In this document: positions 1 through 9,762 of the stretch, one piece after another
Layout: each line of letters starts with the position of its first letter
How positions within the stretch are numbered: the first letter of the stretch is position 1
DNA from: Rhizaria sp. SCN 62-66
Taxonomy: Eukaryota
Assembly: GCA_001724265.1 (NCBI GenBank)
Contig: MEDY01000163.1
Coordinates: 62,001 to 93,626 of the forward strand
DNA length: 31,626 bases
Direction: 5' to 3'
Program-made: the position numbers and the translations under genes
Notes under the pieces: model-generated
Told to the model about the DNA's origin: nothing
The model's input: only the letters and a program-made list of their open reading frames with translations
Databases searched by the model: none

Positions 1-1
1 G

Positions 2-3000
2 GCAGCAAGTAAAGAGCTTGTGCCTGGAAACACCGCTGGTGGACAACGCATTCATTTTACAGTCCGGTCTGGTGTGGGCCTTGTGACGCCATTTTTTAGC
101 GCTGTGCGCTATTCGAACCCAGATAAGATGTTATATCAAGACCCAGAGCTATTGCTGTACGAATGCACTGAGGTTGAGGCTGTGCGTGCGACGAGTGTTG
201 CAGAGGCCGCCGCAGGGTTTAGTTTTTACGACGTTTCCTGTGCACTATCAGCTGGTCAGGGTGCGAGCTTGTATCTTTCTGTGCAATACTGCGTTGCCGT
301 ATACGGCCAAGCCGAGCCAGACTGCAGCCGTTGGAACTCTAACTGGCAGGGCACACAGGCTCCGGATGACTTGCTGCACCGCGATGTCAACGAGGGCCTC
401 CGGGTGACGTATCCCATGCCTGCGTTTGTGCGTGCCTCACTGTCCAGTATTACACCGAGTGGCTTGACGCAGCGCACAAGCGATTACGTCAGCCTGACCT
501 CGCTTGGCGAAGATGTCATCATGAGTGTTGACAACTTTTATCTCAAACGCCCAAAGCTTATTGCAGTTAGCTACGGCGAGGGACGCGACGACTCGGACTT
601 TACGTACGTCTGCGAGTTTAACCTCGGCATTGCTCTTCTGTACAGCGACACTGTGCTCGCATTGTCGTGCCGCACACAAGACGGTGTGAATCGGATTGAT
701 CTACGATTTAAGCTCTGTATTGCGGGTCGCTGCACGATCTCGACAGACCGTTACTCATATCCGCAAATTCCCGAGGTGACATCTGTTACTGGCTGCGCTG
801 TCGACGATATTGTCAATGGTCGGACCAGTGAATGTCCGACGGATAGCGCTGGCGTAAGGCTGACTGTTACTGGTTCCGGCTTCTTAGAGCCACTCTCTGT
901 CATCATCAGTGGCCGTCAGTGCTCGGCAATCGACCGTCACAATAACACGTATCTGACTTGCTTGCTTCCGAGCAGCGCTGGTGTAGGCTTGCCAATTACG
1001 ATCAAAGCAGGCTCGCAGCGAGCTGAGTCTAGGAACCGCATTACATATACGGGCCCAACAATCACGAGTATTGAGGGCTGCGACTATGTATCGAATGCGG
1101 AGATCCGCGAGTGCCACCGCTTGGGTGGCAACACGATTGCGCTCAATGGTCGGAACTTTGGCGTCACAGCTTCAACTGTTATGGTTGGCGGACAGAACTG
1201 CCTTAATGTTACACACGACAAATTTCGGCCGCATGAGCGCATTACCTGCACTACTCCCCCAGGCTCTGCGACAGAACGCTCTGTCACTTTGCTCCAACGC
1301 TCAGGTCTGATGTCGATAGATAACATACTGCTTTCGTATGTCCAGTGCACGCCTGGCATGTATGGTCTTGATGTGTCTTGCTTACCTTGCAAGGTTGGGT
1401 ATTTTAACGACATGTGGTCCCAGAACTCTTGTCGCCAGTGCGAGCCAGGTCTTTACGCCAACAAGACTGGTTCCACAAGCTGCTCGATCTGCCCTGCAGG
1501 CTATTCCTCCGGTCTCGGTGCGCATACCTGTCAGCCCTGCGCGCGAGGTACCTTCTCGGGCGAACGATCTGGCTCATGTCTTCAATGCCCACCGGGCACG
1601 TTTGCACAGCACGAAGGGTCGTCCGCCTGCGAGGCGTGCGCGCTCAATGCAGAGAGCAACGATGACTACACGTTCTGCCGCTGTTCTGTTGGCTCTTACT
1701 TGGAGACAAATGGGGAGTGTGTTGCGTGTATGCTTGGTGGTGATTGCAGGGTCCCAGGTACAACTGTGTTTAACGTCAAGTCACTCCCTGGTTACGCACC
1801 TGCAGTGATTCGATATGCACGCGACAGTGTCATCCGTATGTCTTTGTATTATCCCGCAAGTACAGCAACCGAGGAGGCACGTAAATATGCACGTGCAGCG
1901 GTTTCTAAGCTACTATATGATAACTCCGAGTTGCCGATGGAACGTATTGTTTTTGTGGATGTCATTTTTGAAACAGAGGGCACACTGCGCGCCGCGGCAA
2001 ACGCTAGTGCGGCTGCAAGCTACAACGTTTCATATCGAGATATGTACGCTGAGAGAATCCGTTACAAAATCAAGTCTAGCTTACACGACCCACGCGCCGA
2101 TGATGAGCTAGTTGCAGTTGTTAAAGTCGATATTTACCCAGACCTACGAGGTGCGTATGCTGTCGCGAACTCAACCGAAGCTCTTTACACACGCATTTTA
2201 GATCAGCTTGTCTTTAACGCAATACTTTTCGGCAAAAGCTCTAATCAGACTGCTTCAACATTGACTTCAGATTGCGTTACTCGCGATGTGTCGTTCAATC
2301 ATTTTGCCACACCCGAGTTTGAGCTATGCATTAACAATGCCTGCAGTGGAAGCAATATCTGTCTGCGGGGACACACTGGAAATCTGTGCGCTGTTTGTGA
2401 GCCGGGCTACGGCAAGAGCTCATCATACGAATGCAAGCGCTGCAATGAACCCGCGCTCCGAACGTTTCTGCTTGTGCTTGCTGTGGTTGCCGCCATTGTT
2501 GTCTGCGGTGTGCTAGTGTGGAAGCAAATTATCGATGGAAAGCAATCCATGAATGAACTCCCTGCGCCTGCCGTACCAATGCTGCTAAAGATCACGACGT
2601 CCGGCCTTCAGGTGATGTCAATTGCCTCTCGTTACGAGCTTGCGTGGCCAGGGTTTCTTGCCGGCGTATTTAACGCTGCTGACACTGCCGGTGGGGTTGG
2701 CACTGCATTCTTGTCTCTTGATTGTTTCCTCTCGGACAGTCCCACAATCAGGCCCTTTTGGGTTACCACGATTTGTATTATGATCTTGCCTCTTGCGGGC
2801 GTCTTAGTACCAATGGGTGTGTTTGTACCAATGTATTTCACCGCACGCAACCGCTACCGCGCCAATCTAATTGCAGAGGCCGTCGCAGAGCGCGCACTGG
2901 CAGCAGAGGCGTTGATTGAGCTTAGATCATTAGAGAGGCAAGATCGTCAAGCCACTATGCAGCAGCGCCAGAAAAAGATGATTGTAGACAGTGGTCTTAT

Positions 3001-6000
3001 ATGGGAGCATATCATGGAGAGTGATGGAATTACGCCGGAAACTGACGCGCCAACAGCAATCACATCATTCCTGCCCTCTCCTGGAGTCACGCCCAAAGTA
3101 CCCTCGCGTGTGCAAGGCAAGGGGCATCGTACCACGAGGCGTAGGGTTGCGAAGTCGGCGATTACCGAGGTGAACTCAAGCAGCCCACTGCCTCCCCCTG
3201 TTTCACCCCCAGTTGGAGAGGACTCGACACCAGTTCCGAGTGAGCTCGTTGATGATGTTTCTGATGAGATAACAATAGTGCAGTACGATGTTACGACACC
3301 GCTACCACTGATTGTGTCACAATCCACTCCTGAGCCAAGCACGTTAACATCACCGCGTACTCCCGCAGGAGTTGCTCTTGGTGCAGTGCCAGTCACCGAC
3401 TCAGCACACAGGTCTCCGCTCGCAGTGCGTACTGATCATATTGCACACCGGATCCTCGCTCCAGCCAGCCCAAGTTTACTGTACGGTTTTAAGCTTGATT
3501 CTGACCGTGCTTCTTTTTCTTCGCTCCCATCCTGCGCGTTCAATCCTGACACGCTCACACGATCATACTCAGCCAACAAGGTCGGCCTGGGCCAGCCAGT
3601 TCTTGAGACTCCCAGGCTGCCGCGTGCGAGCACTCTTGTCGTCCTTGGCGCCACGCCAGCGGCCGGACCGCAACTCTCGTTCAGTGGTTCGCCAATCGTT
3701 GGAAGCTTGAATGCAATGCTAAGTCACTCTCAGTTGCCTCAGCGCCATCGCGCAAATTCACAGCAGCAACCTCGTTATGGGACCCAGCCTAAAGCGCGAG
3801 GGACTTCGATTCTTATTCCTGCTCAAGGCAACATCCACTCTGATGGTTTTGATGTGTTTGGCGCAAATGATGAGGCGAAATGGCGCACCGAGCGCGCGCT
3901 GTTGTATGCGTTTGACGCCTCCAATATACCAGTCTTGCCGCGCGCAGGTAGCGCGGTTTCTGATCTCCGTGATTGGACCAACATTACTCGACTAAAGGAC
4001 GAATCAACGGATCTTGACTTTGCTCAAAATGCGTTGGTGGAGCCTGGTAGTGATGAAGACGTCCAGGGAGCAACTACTGATGTGGCGCCTGCAAAGGCAA
4101 AAGACATTGCGGAAGGTGAGGCGAACAATGCTAGAGTTATGGCTGATTTTGCCAGTGCCACGGATGTTGGCTTATTAAGGAAGCATGACCAAAGTCTTAA
4201 TACCGGCAGCACAGGCACCAATGATACTCCTAAGAGCAACGAAGAGACAATGAGCTCCCTTCCGCAGTCAAAGAAATCTCGAAATTTGACTGCTAAGAGG
4301 AACATTGACGCAATGTTTTTTGAGGATGACGGCGAGACAACTGACGACCTGCGCCAGTACGGATTGAAGGTGGCATTCGATGAGTTGCGGGGATCTCGAT
4401 TAATCTGTGACGACTACACACTTGAGATGGAATACCTGATGGACAACGCTGATGCTGTCGCTGGAATCTATGCCGCAGAGTGCGAGTTTTCCACGCGTAC
4501 CGCTGTCCAAGGCTCAGTGACTCACACGGAGTGGACAAAGCAGTTTGAGGACTACCGCAATGATTCAGGCGACTTTGACGACGAGCGCATCAAGGCAGAC
4601 GCCGCTCTGCGCATTGACACCGCTGCATCAAGTTCGGATCTTGCAAACATATTACAAAGTGCAGCAGATATGCACAACGCATTTTCAGTTATGAGCGAGC
4701 CCATCGAGACGGTGTACGAAGCGGAAGTGCTGCGCGAACGCACTATTCGTTATGAACGCGCTGTTGAGCGTGCACGTGCGTACAAAAAATTGATGTGGTA
4801 CATTGCCACTTATGGTGACAACGAAGGGACAAAGCTGTATGAGCAAAGCCAAGAGCTGCGTGCAAAGGCAACAAAGCCACGATTGACTCATAATGAGATG
4901 CGTAAACGTCTGTACGCCGCAGAGTACACCTTGAACAATGTGTTCACCGAGTTCTCCGGCTACGTTATTACCGCTACTACCGTCGTTATGTTCATGATTC
5001 ACCCCAATATTACGCAACAATTCTTCATGGTGCTGTCCTGCAAGAGTATCGGCGGCACTGCAGACCCCGGCGCTAGCTTCATGCTCGGCGACCTGAGTGA
5101 GCCATGTTACTCACCGCAACACGTGATGTTTATCCTTGTGTTAGGTGTACCAATGTTGATTCTTTGGGTACTGGGAATTCCGTTGTTTGCGTTTGCAATT
5201 CTGTTTCGGAATCGCGCGCTAATTCAAGCACCAGCCGTCGGCACGTCTGACATTACGCGCGCTCAAAAGAGGAACTTTGAGTCACAAATGGCCTTTATGT
5301 ACCGCGGTTACAAGCCTACCCGGTACTATTGGTTCCTGAGCGAAATGTTCCGTAAGGCAGCATTGGTTGCAATCTCCGTCTTTTTCCCAGGTGCGCTACA
5401 TACGCAGCTTATGCTAGCGTCACTTCTGATCTTCGTTTGTATTTTATTGCAGATCTTCGGTCAGCCGTTCGAAAATCGCATTCCTGGTGCCGTGGAGTTC
5501 CTGTCACTGGGCACCTCATTCATGATCTTCTTCTTGGCAAATTTCCTTTTTGTGGACACAATATCGCACTCAGCAAAGGTTGCTGCAACCATGCTTATCT
5601 GTGTCCTTGTATTTGCCTTCTTTGTCGTCGTTGTCATTGCATTTATTGTGCTGCAGCGCGAGGAACTCAAGCTCGCCCCGTTGCGCCGCCGTTTACGCGA
5701 AGCGTACATTCACGGCCACGATATCGCGCAAGTCATGGCAAAGTGGCGCCAAGAGAAACTCCGGGAGAGGAAGCTTGCGCTTGAAAAGAAAGATCGTGCT
5801 GGTCCTGAACGTCTACCCGATCCCACCGTCCGTGATTCAGCCGTGGAAATCAAAAACAGTCCTGTTGATGTGACAGATAAGAAGCCGCATGCACGAGCTT
5901 TAGCTCATGCTACCCCGATCAGACTCCAGAATGAAACGCAGAACCATGTGATAAGTTCTGTGGACATCGGCAGTATGAGTAAGTCTGTTGCGCGTGGCCA

Positions 6001-6262
6001 TGACACGCTGTTGACAACAACATTCCACGGCCCCACCGCTTGGTCACGCACAATTGATGAGATTCGAGCACAATCTAACAATGGCGCAAGCACCACGCAT
6101 GCAACCAATGCAATTGGTGGTGGTGGGAGTCCGGCGACAGCTGCAATCGACGCTATTGCAGGTGCCTGTGAAAGGCGAAGGGCGATGAAACGCAATGAAA
6201 ACCCCGAGCTTGTAGTTCAGCTAGACTACAACGAAGAAGGCAACGGTGATAGAACGCCTTAA
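2..6262 (+). CDS. Large multi-pass membrane/surface protein, 5'-partial: IPT/TIG-like Ig domains, GCC2/GCC3 (ephrin-receptor-like) Cys-rich repeats, Cys-rich stalk and multi-TM region
   Basis: The frame is open to the window edge (gca gca agt aaa gag ctt gtg), so the GTG at 20 is probably not the real start. TIG-like motifs: 'LTVTGSGF...VIISGRQC...LTCLLP' and 'IALNGRNFG...VMVGGQNC...ITCTTPPG'. Repeated 'CxxCxxGxF/Y' units at ~1345-1750, then 'CLRGHTGNLCAVCEPGY'. Hydrophobic helices at ~2460-2840 and ~4960-5650, with 'FMYRGYKPTRYYWFLSEMFRK'. Stop TAA at 6260-6262. Confidence 0.88.
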   Translation, partial: AASKELVPGNTAGGQRIHFTVRSGVGLVTPFFSAVRYSNPDKMLYQDPELLLYECTEVEAVRATSVAEAAAGFSFYDVSCALSAGQGASLYLSVQYCVAVYGQAEPDCSRWNSNWQGTQAPDDLLHRDVNEGLRVTYPMPAFVRASLSSITPSGLTQRTSDYVSLTSLGEDVIMSVDNFYLKRPKLIAVSYGEGRDDSDFTYVCEFNLGIALLYSDTVLALSCRTQDGVNRIDLRFKLCIAGRCTISTDRYSYPQIPEVTSVTGCAVDDIVNGRTSECPTDSAGVRLTVTGSGFLEPLSVIISGRQCSAIDRHNNTYLTCLLPSSAGVGLPITIKAGSQRAESRNRITYTGPTITSIEGCDYVSNAEIRECHRLGGNTIALNGRNFGVTASTVMVGGQNCLNVTHDKFRPHERITCTTPPGSATERSVTLLQRSGLMSIDNILLSYVQCTPGMYGLDVSCLPCKVGYFNDMWSQNSCRQCEPGLYANKTGSTSCSICPAGYSSGLGAHTCQPCARGTFSGERSGSCLQCPPGTFAQHEGSSACEACALNAESNDDYTFCRCSVGSYLETNGECVACMLGGDCRVPGTTVFNVKSLPGYAPAVIRYARDSVIRMSLYYPASTATEEARKYARAAVSKLLYDNSELPMERIVFVDVIFETEGTLRAAANASAAASYNVSYRDMYAERIRYKIKSSLHDPRADDELVAVVKVDIYPDLRGAYAVANSTEALYTRILDQLVFNAILFGKSSNQTASTLTSDCVTRDVSFNHFATPEFELCINNACSGSNICLRGHTGNLCAVCEPGYGKSSSYECKRCNEPALRTFLLVLAVVAAIVVCGVLVWKQIIDGKQSMNELPAPAVPMLLKITTSGLQVMSIASRYELAWPGFLAGVFNAADTAGGVGTAFLSLDCFLSDSPTIRPFWVTTICIMILPLAGVLVPMGVFVPMYFTARNRYRANLIAEAVAERALAAEALIELRSLERQDRQATMQQRQKKMIVDSGLIWEHIMESDGITPETDAPTAITSFLPSPGVTPKVPSRVQGKGHRTTRRRVAKSAITEVNSSSPLPPPVSPPVGEDSTPVPSELVDDVSDEITIVQYDVTTPLPLIVSQSTPEPSTLTSPRTPAGVALGAVPVTDSAHRSPLAVRTDHIAHRILAPASPSLLYGFKLDSDRASFSSLPSCAFNPDTLTRSYSANKVGLGQPVLETPRLPRASTLVVLGATPAAGPQLSFSGSPIVGSLNAMLSHSQLPQRHRANSQQQPRYGTQPKARGTSILIPAQGNIHSDGFDVFGANDEAKWRTERALLYAFDASNIPVLPRAGSAVSDLRDWTNITRLKDESTDLDFAQNALVEPGSDEDVQGATTDVAPAKAKDIAEGEANNARVMADFASATDVGLLRKHDQSLNTGSTGTNDTPKSNEETMSSLPQSKKSRNLTAKRNIDAMFFEDDGETTDDLRQYGLKVAFDELRGSRLICDDYTLEMEYLMDNADAVAGIYAAECEFSTRTAVQGSVTHTEWTKQFEDYRNDSGDFDDERIKADAALRIDTAASSSDLANILQSAADMHNAFSVMSEPIETVYEAEVLRERTIRYERAVERARAYKKLMWYIATYGDNEGTKLYEQSQELRAKATKPRLTHNEMRKRLYAAEYTLNNVFTEFSGYVITATTVVMFMIHPNITQQFFMVLSCKSIGGTADPGASFMLGDLSEPCYSPQHVMFILVLGVPMLILWVLGIPLFAFAILFRNRALIQAPAVGTSDITRAQKRNFESQMAFMYRGYKPTRYYWFLSEMFRKAALVAISVFFPGALHTQLMLASLLIFVCILLQIFGQPFENRIPGAVEFLSLGTSFMIFFLANFLFVDTISHSAKVAATMLICVLVFAFFVVVVIAFIVLQREELKLAPLRRRLREAYIHGHDIAQVMAKWRQEKLRERKLALEKKDRAGPERLPDPTVRDSAVEIKNSPVDVTDKKPHARALAHATPIRLQNETQNHVISSVDIGSMSKSVARGHDTLLTTTFHGPTAWSRTIDEIRAQSNNGASTTHATNAIGGGGSPATAAIDAIAGACERRRAMKRNENPELVVQLDYNEEGNGDRTP

Positions 6263-7911
6263 GCGGCGCAACTAAGCCGCCGTCCATTATTTTAGAGTGC
6301 TACTCACATGAGATGAAGCGGCGAGTAACGCATCGTGATATCATGTGTCTATCTGTATCATTATCGTAGCTACAACATATGTTTTTACGTTACCAAATTG
6401 TATTTTTTAGATGATGTTTATTTTCATATCTCTGCGCCTTTAAAGGTTTTGCGTATTTGTGTTTTTATGTTTTATGTTATCACCTGGGTAGATGCGGAAT
6501 ATTGTGTTTCACGTTCAACTTTTTCTCGCTCACAAGCACGTATTGTTATTTATATTTTCAAGTCATTTGTGTATTCATTCATATCGTATTATCCATTAGC
6601 ACTTTGTGAACTCCATCTGTGTAACTTAGAGTTGGAGCTCCCTCGTTGTTTCAGGTTTAGCCACATTTTGTACATATCCTGGTTATCCCCCCAAAGATCC
6701 CGAGTTCTAGCATATGCTTGGAACGTCTTTTATTTGCTCTGATGGTGGTTTAGATGATGCGCGCTGTCGCATATCCTGTCTTGGCACCATATTTTCCCTA
6801 AGTTTTTGTGTCGAGCATATGTTGTTTGCTCCAGTGTGATGACTATCTATGAGAAGTGCATCACTCTATTATCTCATACTTCTCTTCAACTAAAGGAATA
6901 CATTCTCAGATTCAAAACTACGATCGACTTGTGCCGTTCATACGCGATCCACACGTTCCACAATGCAAGACTGTACGCCCTCCTCACTCAGAAGATTGCG
7001 TACTGACGATGGAAGAGACTGACTCTGTATAAGTGACTATATGCAAGCGACTTGTTGTTGAACAAGCAGTAAATTCGCAGTAGTAGCGTAACTGTGAGCA
7101 CGCAGCTGTGCGAATGTCAAAGTGTCTCGGAGGAGCAAATGGGACCGCGTTCTCATTGTAGAGTACACTCACGTGAACTTACATGTGAAGAGCTTTTCTA
7201 ATGATTAGGGGCGAACACGCCGCCCCGCCGAGGATGTCGCAATTTATTTTTCTAGTTATGAAAGATGGTACGACTACTATGTACGAAATATTAGTGACAT
7301 GTACTTTACTTAAATCGAATATAAATGTGCAAGGGCGTATGAACATAATACGTATATATGTTAGGGTCTTCAATATTGCCTTGAATGATGTGCTATGATC
7401 ATACTACTTACCATAAACGTCAACCTTAAAGAATGACTGTAACCGTAACTGGCTGTTCACAGACACGCGGTGATTCGGACAACACAAACATCTTCAGCAG
7501 TATTATTACAGTATTTATTCAGCATGCACCACTTTGGATCCCCAAGCCACATACGGTATACCTAAAGTGCCATTTGACGTACTTCCTGCGCGACGCCAAA
7601 AAGACAAGAAACATAGGTTCAATGGACACGCCGGAAACAAAGCGCAGTGACATAAATCAGCACACATACTGAAGTACCCTCACGTTGGTCGAGACAACAA
7701 AATTGTCATGCTCAGGAGAAAACGTAAAATTGTGTAAAGACAAAAACGACTCCAAAAAGAAAGCTATAATAGACTAGAGAAACAATCAAGTACACATGTC
7801 ACCGTGTCAGCATCAAATAAACAAAGCACACCACGACAGACATCGTACTCATAAAGGAACTTAACAAAGCAGCAACACAGAACGTTAGACGTATGCTCAT
7901 TCTGCCGCTCT

Positions 7912-8658
7912 TTAGCCCGTGCCCGAGAGGCTGGAGGCGGTGGCGAGGACCTTCCTGAGCAGCGAAAGCGACACTTCGACCTCGGCCCTGCACTCCTGCG
8001 TGTAGAGCGCGTTCTTGGTGACGACGATGAAGCTGCAGCGTTCGATGCGGTAGAGTGAGAGCGTGGTCTTATCGTTGCGCAGAGAGGTGGAGACGTGCAT
8101 GTCGCCGCGCTCGTGCATGACCATGACCTCCATGGCCAGGTCCAGCGTGCGCGCGTGGTGCGCCAGCGTGCCGTACTTGTCGATGTCCTGCGTGGCGTGC
8201 AGCACGCTGCTGCCCTGTGCGCTCGTCAGCAGCGCCAGCGCGACGCCGCGGTGCGCAGCCAGGTGGTCCAGGATCGGGCGCACCGTGTGCAGCAGCACCT
8301 CGGGGATGTCGGCGTTAAAGCTAACGTAGGCGTCGACCGAGGAGACCTTGTTCTCGAGCTCGGCCGAGAAGCGGACGACGAAGGTGCGCAGCAGCTCGTT
8401 GGCGATGAGCGACGCGAAGTCGGACCCGTCGGACGCGTCGACCACGACGATGACCTTGATCTGGCTGTTGTGGACGATGGCGACGCCGTGGGACGGGAGC
8501 TCGATGTAAGACACGCTCATGCCGGTGCGCTGAATGGAGAAGTCGACCATGGCGGTGATGATGGCGCCGAAGATGTCGGGCTGCACGTCTGTGCGGGCGA
8601 ACTCTTTGAGGAACAGCGTAGTGCCGCCGGCGGACACGATCATGATCTGCTGCAGCAT
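7912..8658 (-). CDS. Probable longin-domain protein with a roadblock/LAMTOR-like C-terminal domain (248 aa, intronless)
   Basis: ATG at 8658 (MLQQIMIVSAGGTTLFLKEF) coincides with the onset of strongly GC3-biased codons. The N-terminal 'hhh-x-x-GG-x-x-LF-x-K-x-F' hairpin, helix, three strands and helix resemble a longin fold. The C-terminal 'ILDHLAAHRGVALALLTS' resembles a roadblock start. Fold assignment is by eye. Confidence 0.7.
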   Translation of the reverse strand: MLQQIMIVSAGGTTLFLKEFARTDVQPDIFGAIITAMVDFSIQRTGMSVSYIELPSHGVAIVHNSQIKVIVVVDASDGSDFASLIANELLRTFVVRFSAELENKVSSVDAYVSFNADIPEVLLHTVRPILDHLAAHRGVALALLTSAQGSSVLHATQDIDKYGTLAHHARTLDLAMEVMVMHERGDMHVSTSLRNDKTTLSLYRIERCSFIVVTKNALYTQECRAEVEVSLSLLRKVLATASSLSGTG

Positions 8659-9762
8659 CCGCGCTCGGGGGAACACACGCGTAGCGGCGGGAGCAACGGT
8701 TCTGAGCAGTCGCGTGAGTCGAACAGTGAGGCGCTGGGCGCAGGGGAGGCGCTGAGTGAAGTGACTACTGAGGCTCGGTGCTGAGAAGGGGGGAGGGGAG
8801 GGAACGCGGAAAAGGGTGTCCGTCGCCCGCCCGAAGGTGCTTTGGAGTGTTACTGTGCCTGCGCAAAGGGTAACTACGTGCTGCTCAGAGGGAGAAGCGA
8901 GAAAAGAGCTATGGAGGTTGGGAAAAGACGGTGTGAGCAGGGGCAAAGAAAGGTGTGGTCAGTTGGACACATGAGGCAGGACGGGATCTTAGCGAGGGGA
9001 TACAGGACATATAGCATCAGCGTATAAGTAATACCGATAATAGAAATGAATATAGACGCACTAGTCAGCCTCATAATTTCAATAGCAACTCGATTGTGCG
9101 GATTTAGGGCATGGTTTCAGTCACATTTCGATCGTCATTTCCAACTGAGTCCAACGCACGAGCCCCGACCGACAGTCCCCTCGAGCTGCCACTCGACATA
9201 GCACGCCGACACATATGACTTGATATACACACTGTAACAAAGATGTATCTGGATGAAACTGACGAGTATCTTTTGGAAAATACAATAAACGACGGCCATA
9301 TGGTTTATTTTAAAATATGTGCTTTCAGCCTTGTGTTATACTCTCTGAGACACAGATTTCGAGTTGCGTTACGAAAATCGCGTTACTTCAAGTTAGATAT
9401 ACCAAAGAAGACTAGTGCCTGCGAACGTGAAATTTCACGCCGATATATATTTAAATAATTTTGACATTATTTCTGAGTATTGTTAATCATGGTAGCATCT
9501 ATGCACGAATATTCCTTGTTTTGTCACGCTGACCACGAACGCAAATTGGTGTCGGTGGTTGTCAGCGGTAAGTCGCAGTCTCGGTGCTGCCTCATCTTGT
9601 GACCATTGCAGCACGTCACAATCTCCGTCAGGAACAAATACATATCGTCAGTCAGAATTAACACGAACGCATATTGTTTATACTTGAACATATGTGATAT
9701 AACCTACCGATTTTTGACTCTATTTCTCCCTCAAACTCGCACCTTCACGCAGCGCCGCACAA

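Noticed and set aside
6335-7672. Several 60-135-aa ORFs in the AT-rich spacer
   Set aside because: No codon bias or motifs, consistent with 3'-UTR/intergenic sequence between convergent genes.
8659-8946. 96-aa N-terminal extension of the longin-like ORF
   Set aside because: It begins at a non-ATG codon and translates a pyrimidine-rich leader. The longin-like pattern and codon bias start at ATG 8658.
9501-9567. Upstream coding exon (ATG 9501 to donor GTAAGT 9568) for the mitochondrial-like gene
   Set aside because: Splicing to the AG at 9752 puts it out of frame with ATG 9763. At most it is a 5'-UTR exon.
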